DNA of 64,000 bases from positions 1,355,875 to 1,419,874 of the forward strand of contig CP175567.1 of assembly GCA_046097085.1 (NCBI GenBank), written 5' to 3'. This DNA is from Haloferacaceae archaeon 50 (GTDB lineage: Archaea > Halobacteriota > Halobacteria > Halobacteriales > Haloferacaceae). The translations under genes were made by a program, and so were the position numbers. Positions 20,209 through 28,243 of the stretch are shown piece by piece. The notes under the pieces were generated by a model. The model was not told the DNA's origin. It worked only from the letters and a program-made list of their open reading frames with translations, and did no database searches. Position 1 is the first letter of the stretch, and every line of letters starts with the position of its first letter.

Positions 20209-20427
20209 TCAGTCGCCGTCGTCGAACAGGTAGCCGAACTCCTCGTCGAAGTCGCCGTCGAACGCCTCGTTCTCCTCGTACACCTCTCGGAAAACCGTCT
20301 CCACGTCGTCGTCGTCGCGCAGCATACCGTCGACCTCGTGAGGGCCGACGTAGTGGGTCCACATCTCGTGGCCCTCGTACGACTGGAGTCCCGGGTCCGG
20401 TCGCCACTGGGTGTCGTCGTAGCTCAC
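20209..20427 (-). CDS. small acidic hypothetical protein
   Basis: 72 aa ORF, Asp/Glu-rich, typical haloarchaeal small cytoplasmic protein; coding-like codon usage (GC3 high). Confidence 0.45.
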   Translation of the reverse strand: MSYDDTQWRPDPGLQSYEGHEMWTHYVGPHEVDGMLRDDDDVETVFREVYEENEAFDGDFDEEFGYLFDDGD

Positions 20428-20490
20428 GGTCGGCAGACGAGAGGGTCGCCGTCCGGATATGCGTTCTGCCCGACGAGTCGCCGAGGTACG

Positions 20491-20506
20491 TTTATTTTCA
20501 TTACAG
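20491..20506 (+). promoter_or_regulatory. AT-rich TATA-like element in fdh/small-ORF divergent spacer
   Basis: tttattttcattacag is the only AT-rich stretch in the 226-bp spacer; ~150 nt upstream of the preferred FdhA start, implying a long structured leader, or serving the minus-strand small ORF. Confidence 0.3.
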
Positions 20507-20653
20507 TAAGGCCACCAAACATATCCCTGTCAACCCCCACGTTCCGACAATGCCTTTCGGTGTGAGTGCGCGCTCTGCGAGCGGAGCGTGTCACCGGCTG
20601 AGGCGCACAGCCGTGGTGCGGCGACCGACGACCGTTCGACTCGACGCTCACAG

Positions 20654-23600
20654 ATGAGTTCGCAACAGGAACCCGTCTCGCTCGACCTCGACCGCCGTTC
20701 GTTCATGAAGGCCTCGGCGCTCGCCGGGTCGCTCGTCCTCGCGGGGAGCGGCGCTGGCCACGCCCTCTCGGAGGACGCGACCGGCGGCGGTCCCGACTCC
20801 GAGGGGGCCGAGGGGCGGGACGTCGAAGGCAAGCAGGTGAAGACGGTCTGTAACTACTGCGCCGTCGGTTGCGGCTTCAAGGGCGAACGCAAGGGCGACG
20901 CGTTCGTCGGTCAGGAGCCGTGGCACGAGAACCCCATCAACAACGGATCGCTCTGTTCGAAGGGCGCCGGCATCTACGCCACCGAGCACTCGCCGAAGCG
21001 GATGAAACATCCGATGAAGAAAGTGAACGGCGAGTGGCAGAAGGTGTCGTGGGACGAGGCGTTCAAGACTATCGGCGACGAGATGAAGCGCCTCCGCGAG
21101 GAGTACGGCCCCGACAGCGTGTTCTGGGCCGGGAGCGCCCACCACGTCAACGAGACGGCCTACGCCCTCCGGAAACTCGTCTCGCTCTACGGCACCAACA
21201 ACACGGACAATCAGGCGCGCATCTGTCACTCCACCACGGTCACGGGCCTCGCCAACACGTTCGGCTACGGCGCGATGACCAACACCATCAACGACTACCG
21301 CAACTACGACCTCCTGCTCATCGTCGGGCAGAACCCCGCCGAGTCCCACCCCATCGCGATGCAACACATCCTCGAAGGGCAGGCCCGCGGCGGGACCATC
21401 GTCAACGTCGACCCCCGCTACACGAAGACGTCCGCCCACGCCGACAAGTTCCAGCGGATGCGCCCGGGGAGCGACACCGCGTTCATGATGGGTCTGCTCC
21501 ACTACCTCAACCAGCAGAACGAACTCGACCGGGACATGATACAGAGCCGGGTGCAGGGGTGGCCCGACCTGCAGGCCAAACTCGGGGAGTACGACCTGGA
21601 GACCGTCTCGGAACTCACGTGGGTCGACGCGGAGTCCATCCGCGAGATCGGCGACCTCATAATCGAGAACAAGCCCAAGATTCAGATAGAGTGGGCGATG
21701 GGCGGCACCCAGCACAACAACGGCACCCAGAACGTCCGGTCGTACGCGATGACGGCGCTGGGGACGCAGGGTATCGGCGCGCAGGGCGCCGGCCTACAGG
21801 TCATGCGCGGTCACGCCAACATCCAAGGCTCGACCGACGTGGGGCCGAACCCGCACATCCTGCCGGCGTACTACACGGTGAGTTCGCCCGGGTCGTGGCA
21901 GTGGTGGACGACCGTCTGGAGCAAAAGTCCGTTCACCAGCGGCGAGATATCGTTCGACGAACTCTACCAGCGCTTCGAGAAGATGCCGAAGGACCTCTAC
22001 CAGCGCCAGAAGGGCGGGAACACGACCCGCGCCAACAAGGCCGGACGGGGTCCGACCAAGAACAGCCAGAACCGGAGCGAACAGGGCGGGCAGGGCGCTC
22101 AGGGCGGCCGCACCGGCGGCGAAATCGGCGACCTCCAGATACAGAACCTCCAACAGCAGGGCCTCGACCCCCGCTCGCTGATGTTCCAGAAGGGGTTCCC
22201 CGTCTCCCGGTGGTACGAGGGCGCCCTCCCGAAGGAGGAACGCCTCCACGACACGCCCATCTACCAGCCCCATCAGCTGAAGATGGCGGTGTTCCAAGGT
22301 CACTCGGTCAACTCGCTGACCGAGATGAACAAGGTCAAACGGGCCATGGAGCAGTTGGACCTGCTGGTCATCGCGGACATGTTCCCCAGCGTGGCGTCCG
22401 TCCTGCCGGACCGCGACGACGGTGTGCTGTTCCTGCCCGTGGCGAGTCCGTACGAGCACTGGGGGAGCGCGACCAACTCCCACCGCTCGATTCAGTGGCG
22501 CGACCCGGTCCGGCCGCCGAGCCACAACACCAAGACGGACATGGAGATAGTCCAGCGCATCGCGGCCGAACTGGGCTACGAGGACCACTTCGACTGGGGC
22601 AACGGTCCCGAACTGTTCAGCGGCGAGAGCACCTACGCCGACGCCCTGCGCGAGATAAACCTCGGCGCGAAGACCATCGGCTACTGTCAGGCGCCCGAAC
22701 GACTGAAGAAGCAGAAGGAGCACGACGGGCAGTTCAGCACCGAGACGCTCCGCGCCGAGTCGACAGACCCCGAGGACCCCGTCCACGACGAGTACTGGGG
22801 GCTCCCGTGGCCGTGTTGGGGCGAGGGCCACCCCGGCACGCCCATCATCTGGAACGACCACAAAGACCCCCGCGAGGGCGGCCACGACTTCCGCGCGCGG
22901 TGGGGGACGAAGGCGCCGACGCCGCAGGAGTGGCAGAACCTCCCGCTCGACGAGGACTACCCCCTCGAACAGACCATCCAACAGCAGGGGCGGTCCGGGC
23001 TGAGTCTGATGCGCGAGTCGTACAGTCCGGACTGGCAGACGTCGTTCGGCGGGCAGGTGCGGGGCGTCCCGCAGTACCCCAAGTTCACGACCACGCTCCC
23101 CGAGAACTTGGAGAACTCCGACGCGCTCACCCTCCCGTACCGGTACGCGCTCGACCCGACCAAGTCGCCCTACGACACCGCGAAGGCGCTGGCACAGCGG
23201 GGACGCGACGTCGACCCGCAACTGTACCGCCAGTTCGACCACGCGCAACCCGACCCGCCGACGGGGCGGGGGAAGGCCCGCGCCGTCGCGTGGAACTTCC
23301 TCGACATGACGCCGGTCCACCGCGAACCCATCGAGAGCCCCAAGATAGAGTGGGTGAAGGAGTGGCCCGCGAACGGCTACCAGCGCAACGTGCTCCGCCT
23401 CGACCAGAACAACCGGAAGGAGCAGGCGCAGTCGACCATGCTGGCCCACAAGCAGAACGTCGACACCGTGATGACCACCGGCCGGCAGGTGGAACATCAG
23501 GGCGGCGGCGGCGAGACGCGTAACAACGTCTACCTCGCCGACCTCCAGCCCCACATGTACGCCGAGATACACCCGGAGAAGGCGGAGCAACTCGGCGTCG

Positions 23601-23995
23601 AGGGCGGCGAGATGGTAGTGGTCGAGACGACCAACCGCGGGTCGGTGCTGGTGCGCGCGCGGGTCACCAACCGCCCCGCGCCCAAGGAGACGTTCCTCCC
23701 GTTCCACTGGGGCGGCATCTTCGAGGGCGAGAGCCTCGAAGAGCGCTACCCCGAGGGGCACGTCCCGTTCGCCATCGGCGACAGCGTCAACGCCATCACG
23801 GTCCGCGGCTACGACGCCCAGACCGCGATGCAGGAGACGAAGGTCAGCCTCGTGCGCATCCGCAAGGCGACCCAGAAGATACTCGACGAGCGGAACATGG
23901 AGACCGACCTCGACAACTTCACCACCCCGCAGGAGGAGGAGGACATCGGCCTCCAGAAGGAGTACGACGTGCGGAACAACCGGTCGATACAGTGA
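20654..23995 (+). CDS. Tat-exported molybdopterin oxidoreductase, formate dehydrogenase alpha-subunit-like
   Basis: Preferred start ATG 20654 gives MSSQQEPVSLDLDRRSFMKASALAGSLVLAGSGAGHA (twin-arginine signal); KTVCNYCAVGCGF Fe-S Cys cluster, MoCo-binding domains, 1113 aa; contains a Gly/Gln/Asn-rich low-complexity insert (QRQKGGNTTRANKAGRGPTKNSQNRSEQGGQGAQGGRTGGEIGDLQIQNLQQQG). Confidence 0.9.
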   Translation: MSSQQEPVSLDLDRRSFMKASALAGSLVLAGSGAGHALSEDATGGGPDSEGAEGRDVEGKQVKTVCNYCAVGCGFKGERKGDAFVGQEPWHENPINNGSLCSKGAGIYATEHSPKRMKHPMKKVNGEWQKVSWDEAFKTIGDEMKRLREEYGPDSVFWAGSAHHVNETAYALRKLVSLYGTNNTDNQARICHSTTVTGLANTFGYGAMTNTINDYRNYDLLLIVGQNPAESHPIAMQHILEGQARGGTIVNVDPRYTKTSAHADKFQRMRPGSDTAFMMGLLHYLNQQNELDRDMIQSRVQGWPDLQAKLGEYDLETVSELTWVDAESIREIGDLIIENKPKIQIEWAMGGTQHNNGTQNVRSYAMTALGTQGIGAQGAGLQVMRGHANIQGSTDVGPNPHILPAYYTVSSPGSWQWWTTVWSKSPFTSGEISFDELYQRFEKMPKDLYQRQKGGNTTRANKAGRGPTKNSQNRSEQGGQGAQGGRTGGEIGDLQIQNLQQQGLDPRSLMFQKGFPVSRWYEGALPKEERLHDTPIYQPHQLKMAVFQGHSVNSLTEMNKVKRAMEQLDLLVIADMFPSVASVLPDRDDGVLFLPVASPYEHWGSATNSHRSIQWRDPVRPPSHNTKTDMEIVQRIAAELGYEDHFDWGNGPELFSGESTYADALREINLGAKTIGYCQAPERLKKQKEHDGQFSTETLRAESTDPEDPVHDEYWGLPWPCWGEGHPGTPIIWNDHKDPREGGHDFRARWGTKAPTPQEWQNLPLDEDYPLEQTIQQQGRSGLSLMRESYSPDWQTSFGGQVRGVPQYPKFTTTLPENLENSDALTLPYRYALDPTKSPYDTAKALAQRGRDVDPQLYRQFDHAQPDPPTGRGKARAVAWNFLDMTPVHREPIESPKIEWVKEWPANGYQRNVLRLDQNNRKEQAQSTMLAHKQNVDTVMTTGRQVEHQGGGGETRNNVYLADLQPHMYAEIHPEKAEQLGVEGGEMVVVETTNRGSVLVRARVTNRPAPKETFLPFHWGGIFEGESLEERYPEGHVPFAIGDSVNAITVRGYDAQTAMQETKVSLVRIRKATQKILDERNMETDLDNFTTPQEEEDIGLQKEYDVRNNRSIQ

Positions 23996-24065
23996 GCCGC
24001 GGGTCGCGGTCCGCTGTCTCGCCGCCGGCCTCGCCCCGTCCGTCGACGGGCGGTCGATCGCCGCG

Positions 24066-24272
24066 TCAGTCGTCCGCGCGGCCGCACTCGAACTCTAGCA
24101 CGTGCATGATGCCGGCCGCGATGGTGTGGTAGTCCTGCAGGTCGAGCGCCGACTCGACGTCGGGCACCTCCCTGTTCAGCGAACACTCGCTGCAGGTCAC
24201 GTGGACGACGTCCGACCCGTCGCCGTCGCACGCTGCGGACGCCTCGCGGACGGTCCTCTTCTGCCCGGACAT
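24066..24272 (-). CDS. small Cys-containing hypothetical protein
   Basis: 68 aa; VTCSECS...FECG spacing suggests a zinc-binding knuckle; weak support. Confidence 0.35.
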   Translation of the reverse strand: MSGQKRTVREASAACDGDGSDVVHVTCSECSLNREVPDVESALDLQDYHTIAAGIMHVLEFECGRADD

Positions 24273-24404
24273 GTGTCCGAGTCACAACACTCCGGTTCGG
24301 AGGTTAACAGTTATTGCCGACTGTGCGGAGTGTTCGACCAATCGTCGGCGTGACGCCGGGATTTCCGTCTACTCTTCGACCGTCGCGTCGGGCGTCGGGC
24401 GTCG

Positions 24405-25433
24405 TCAGGCCAGTCCCAGCGTCTCCTCGGCTTCGAGGAGTTCGTGGTAGCGGTTGCGGATGGTGACCTCGCTGATGTCGGCCACGTCGGAGACGGCCGC
24501 CTGCGTGGTCTTCTCGTTGGTGAGGAGGGCGGCGGCGTAGACGGCGGCGGCCGCGAGGCCGACCGGCGACTTGCCCGAGTGGACGCCCTTCTCCTTCGCG
24601 TTCTGGAGGAGTTTCCGCGCGCGCAGTTCCGTCTCGTCCGAGAGGTCGAGCGACGACGCGAACCGCGGCACGTACTGCTCGGGGTCCGCGGGCTTGACCT
24701 CCAGCTTGAGTTCGCGGGTGACGTACCGGTAGGTCCGGGCCACCTCGCTCTTCTCGACGCGGGACACCTCGGCTATCTCGTCGAGGGAGCGGGGGACGCC
24801 CGCCATCCGCGCGGCGGCGTAGGTGCAGGACGTGGCGACGCCCTCGATGGAGCGACCGGGCAACAGGTCGTCGTCGAGTGCGCGGCGGTAGATGACCGAG
24901 GCGGTCTCGCGGACGTTCTCGGGTAGGCCCAGCGCCGAGGCCATCCGGTCTATCTCGCCCAGAGCCTGCTTGAGGTTGCGCTCTTTCGAGTCGCGCGTGC
25001 GGAACCGCTCGTTCCACTTGCGCAGGCGCTGCATCTTCTGTCGCTGGCGCGCCCCCAGCGAGTTGCCGTAGGCGTCCTTGTCGCGCCAGTCGATGTTGGT
25101 CGACAGCCCCTTGTCGTGCATCGTGTTCGTGGTGGGCGCGCCCACCCGGGACTTCTGGTCTTTCTCCGCCGAGTCGAAGGCGCGCCACTCGGGTCCGCGG
25201 TCCACGGAGTCGGCCTCGACCACGAGACCGCAGTCCTCACAGACCGTCTCGCCGTGTTCCTCGTCGGTGACGACCTGTCCCCCGCACTCGGGACACTGCA
25301 GTTTGTCGCCCGACGTCTTCTCGTCGGACCGTTCGGTCTCGTCTCGCCCGCGCGAACGCCGTCGCGTCCGCGACCCTCGGTCGCTCGGTTCCTCTGTCGC
25401 GTTCCGCTGGTGTATCTTCTCGTTCATTGACAC
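24405..25433 (-). CDS. tfb: transcription initiation factor IIB (TFB) with ~45-aa Arg/Ser-rich N-terminal extension
   Basis: 342 aa; N-terminal Zn ribbon CPECGG...CEDCG, B-finger/linker, two cyclin-like repeats (e.g. GRSIEGVATSCTYAAAR, GKSPVGLAAAAVYAAAL). Confidence 0.9.
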   Translation of the reverse strand: MSMNEKIHQRNATEEPSDRGSRTRRRSRGRDETERSDEKTSGDKLQCPECGGQVVTDEEHGETVCEDCGLVVEADSVDRGPEWRAFDSAEKDQKSRVGAPTTNTMHDKGLSTNIDWRDKDAYGNSLGARQRQKMQRLRKWNERFRTRDSKERNLKQALGEIDRMASALGLPENVRETASVIYRRALDDDLLPGRSIEGVATSCTYAAARMAGVPRSLDEIAEVSRVEKSEVARTYRYVTRELKLEVKPADPEQYVPRFASSLDLSDETELRARKLLQNAKEKGVHSGKSPVGLAAAAVYAAALLTNEKTTQAAVSDVADISEVTIRNRYHELLEAEETLGLA

Positions 25434-25510
25434 TTGTCCGTAACGTGAACTCCGGAAATCGCGGCCCCGAAAACCCCGGAGCAGTCCGTACCCAACCGTC
25501 GCCAGTTCGG

Positions 25511-25517
25511 TATATAT
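25511..25517 (-). promoter_or_regulatory. TATA-like element upstream of tfb
   Basis: ggtatatatcgc ~80 nt upstream of tfb start on minus strand; palindromic so orientation ambiguous. Confidence 0.3.
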
Positions 25518-25645
25518 CGCTTTCGGTGTATTGCGGGAGTGCCGCCGAAACGGTCTCGTACCGCTGGGTGTGAACCACCCACATCATGATTTAAGTAGAA
25601 CGCCCGGACGAGCGACTTATCCCGGTCGGCGTCCGCAGGCCGGAC

Positions 25646-26416
25646 GTGAGCAACTCCGCGCCGTCACCCGACGAGGGCGCCCGCCGCGTCGTCTCGCTCG
25701 CGCCGAGCGCCACCGCGACGCTCGACGCGATGGGCGCGGCCGACCGCCTCGTCGGCGCGACGACACACTGCGACGTCGACCGGCCGGTCGTGGGCGGGTG
25801 GCTCAATCCCGACTACGACCGCGTGGCCGCACTCGACCCCGACCTCGTCTGCACCTGCGACGACCTGCAGGCGGACGTGCGCGACGAACTCCGCGAACGC
25901 GGCCACGAGGTGTGTCACGTCGCCCCGGCGACGCTCGACGACGTGCCGGCGTCGTTCGAGACGCTCGGGACCGCGGTGGGAGACCCCGAGGCCGGGGCGC
26001 GTCTCGCGGCGCGCGCCCGCGCCCGCCTCGCCCGAGTGCGCGAACGCGTCCCCGACGCCGACGCGGACCGGCCGGTGGTCTACTGCGAGGAGTGGTCCGA
26101 CCCGCCCATGGCGGCGGGCAACTGGGTGCCCGAGGCCGTCGAAGCCGCGGGCGGTCGCTACCCGTTCGTCGCGCCCGGCGAGCGCTCCCGCGAGGTGAGC
26201 GGCGACGAGGTGGTCGCCGCCGACCCGGACCTCGCGGTGCTCCACGTCTGCGGGCGGGGGACTCGCGCCGACCCCGACGCGGTCCGCGACCGGTGGGACC
26301 TCGACGCGCCCGTGTACGTCCTCGACGACTCCCTGCTCAACCAGCCGAGTCCGCGCCTCCTCGAGGGCGTCGAGCGACTCGCCGAACTCCTCCACGGCGT
26401 CCCGCCGGAGCCGTAG
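25646..26416 (+). CDS. BtuF-like (Peripla_BP_2 fold) cobalamin/iron-siderophore-binding-domain protein lacking a signal peptide
   Basis: 256 aa; RVVSLAPSATATLDAMGAADRLVGAT and ...VYCEEWSDPPMAAGNWVPE blocks typical of BtuF/FhuD-type binding proteins, but the N-terminus (MSNSAPSPDEG...) has no hydrophobic signal or lipobox. Confidence 0.65.
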   Translation: MSNSAPSPDEGARRVVSLAPSATATLDAMGAADRLVGATTHCDVDRPVVGGWLNPDYDRVAALDPDLVCTCDDLQADVRDELRERGHEVCHVAPATLDDVPASFETLGTAVGDPEAGARLAARARARLARVRERVPDADADRPVVYCEEWSDPPMAAGNWVPEAVEAAGGRYPFVAPGERSREVSGDEVVAADPDLAVLHVCGRGTRADPDAVRDRWDLDAPVYVLDDSLLNQPSPRLLEGVERLAELLHGVPPEP

Positions 26417-26432
26417 CGGGCGGCGGGGTCGG

Positions 26433-27503
26433 TCAGCCGTTCGGCGTGTGGACGCCGTCCCCGGGACCGCCCGGCGAGAGGTAGTCGAACTCGCCCGTCG
26501 GGACGGTGCCCTCCGTCCAGACCGTCCGACCCTCGGTCTCGACTTCGAGTCCGTCGTACGCGCCGAACCGCGCCGACTCGGACTCGACGTACGCCCCCAG
26601 GTCGGCTTTCTTCGCCGCCTCGGGGTCGGGGTACGTGTTCGCGAGCGTGAGGTGCGTCGTCTCCCCGCCGAACCGCCACGCTTTGAGTCCGCCCGTCATC
26701 ACGTCCTTCCGGAACCCGCGCGACGTCGACCCGTCCATCGCCTCCGGGTAACACTTCAGCGCGTGGGGTCGGTCGACGAGGTCGAGCATCGCGCTCACGT
26801 ACTCGTTCGCGTCGGCGTAGGCGGTCGCTCCGTCCGACTGCGTGTCGACGACGGCCCGCGCGTACTCGTGCGGGTCTCCCTCGTGGACGTAGCCGACCTC
26901 GATTATCACGTCCTCGGAGACGGCGTACGCGCGGTTCGCCCCGTAGATGTCGAACCCGGCGTACCGCTCTGGGGTCGTCGTCTCCGACGTGCCCGTCGTC
27001 GCCGTCGCCGTCGAGGCGGTCTCGCGCCGCGCGCGTTCGCGGGCGTACCGCTCCCCGAACTCGTCCGGGTCGAACGAGCCGAACGCGACCGAGATTTCGA
27101 ACCCGATTCCGAGCGTGGCCGCCACCGCGCCTTCGTCGACGTACTTGCCGGTCGGGCCGGCGTTCAACATCTCCGCTTCGAGGCGCTCGTAGGCGGTTTC
27201 GTGGAGGTCACCCCGCCGTTCGCGGATGGCGGCCGCGTCGAAGTACCGCACGCCGTACCCGTCTCTGAACGGCGTCCTCCTCGGGTCGGGGAGCCAACTC
27301 TCGAAGTCGGTCGCGCCGGTCCGCTCGGACCGTCCGTCGCTTCGGGTCGTCTTCGTCTCGGTCGTCGTCTCAGTCGTCGCGGCGGACGTCTCCTCCGGAG
27401 TCGCGCCGCGGGTCGACGCCGACCCGCCGAGACAACCCGCGAGTGCGCCGCCGGCGAACGGGAGGGCGGCCGCCTTGAGCAGCGTTCGTCGTGTGGGGGA
27501 CAC
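26433..27503 (-). CDS. Tat-signal lipoprotein, secreted hypothetical protein
   Basis: 356 aa; MSPTRRTLLKAAALPFAGGALAGC (RR motif + lipobox Cys), Thr-rich linker, then globular domain. Confidence 0.7.
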   Translation of the reverse strand: MSPTRRTLLKAAALPFAGGALAGCLGGSASTRGATPEETSAATTETTTETKTTRSDGRSERTGATDFESWLPDPRRTPFRDGYGVRYFDAAAIRERRGDLHETAYERLEAEMLNAGPTGKYVDEGAVAATLGIGFEISVAFGSFDPDEFGERYARERARRETASTATATTGTSETTTPERYAGFDIYGANRAYAVSEDVIIEVGYVHEGDPHEYARAVVDTQSDGATAYADANEYVSAMLDLVDRPHALKCYPEAMDGSTSRGFRKDVMTGGLKAWRFGGETTHLTLANTYPDPEAAKKADLGAYVESESARFGAYDGLEVETEGRTVWTEGTVPTGEFDYLSPGGPGDGVHTPNG

Positions 27504-27508
27504 GGGCG

Positions 27509-27540
27509 AAAAATTATCAAACAGCTATAATAAGTGTTGT
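27509..27540. promoter_or_regulatory. AT-rich divergent promoter region (lipoprotein gene / ITPase gene)
   Basis: gaaaaattatcaaacagctataataagtg is strongly AT-rich relative to surroundings, between divergently oriented starts at 27503 (-) and 27640 (+). Confidence 0.3.
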
Positions 27541-27639
27541 CCCACGTTCGCGCGCGTACTCGCAGACTGGGCCGCGGGCGTCCGGTCGCCTCCGCGGCGT
27601 TTCGACAGACCGATAGCCGCCCCCGTCCGAACGACGCGC

Positions 27640-28188
27640 ATGGACGCGCGAGTGGTCGTCGGCAGCGGCAACCCGGTGAAGCGGCGCGCGGTGGTCTCTG
27701 CGTTCCCGGACGCGACGGTCGAACTCGTCTCCGTCGCGTCGGGCGTCGCCGAGCAACCCCGCGGACACGCCGAGACGATAGCGGGCGCGGAGACGCGCGC
27801 GAGAAACGCCTACGAGGCCGACGCCGACGCGGACTACGGCGTCGGGCTGGAGGGCGGCGTGGCGCGGTTCGACGGCGCGGCGGGCCTCTATCTCGTCATG
27901 TGGGCGGCCGCGACGGACGGCGAGCGAACCGGTCGAGGCGCGGGACCGTCGCTCCGCCTGCCCGACGGCGTGGCCACCCGCGTCGAGGCCGGCGCGGAAC
28001 TCGGGCCGGTGATGGACGACGTCCTCGGCGAGGACGGCGTGGCGAAGAAGGGGGGCGCGGCGGGCGCGTTCACCGGCGGGCGCCTCGCGCGGGCCGACGC
28101 CCTCGCCGACGCCGTGTGCGGCGCGTTCGGGCCGTTCGTGACCGACCACTACGGCGCGGACGCGCCGCGGGACGCCTCTCGAACGTAG
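27640..28188 (+). CDS. inosine/xanthosine triphosphatase (non-canonical purine NTP phosphatase, YjjX/DUF84 family)
   Basis: Real start ATG 27640 (MDARVVVGSGNPVKRRAV...), 182 aa; VGSGNPVK N-terminal motif and overall pattern of the Maf/Ham1-superfamily NTPase_I-T family. The upstream part of track ORF 27226.. is antisense to the lipoprotein gene. Confidence 0.7.
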   Translation: MDARVVVGSGNPVKRRAVVSAFPDATVELVSVASGVAEQPRGHAETIAGAETRARNAYEADADADYGVGLEGGVARFDGAAGLYLVMWAAATDGERTGRGAGPSLRLPDGVATRVEAGAELGPVMDDVLGEDGVAKKGGAAGAFTGGRLARADALADAVCGAFGPFVTDHYGADAPRDASRT

Positions 28189-28243
28189 CGACGAACCCGG
28201 CGAGAAACGGAGTAGTGCGGAGCGGAGAGAGTCGGCGGAGGCG

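Noticed and set aside
26448-27530. 360-aa plus-strand ORF and 27226-27639 portion of ORF 27226-28188
   Set aside because: Antisense to the Tat lipoprotein gene (Arg-rich translation); only the downstream part from ATG 27640 shows homology (ITPase/YjjX family).
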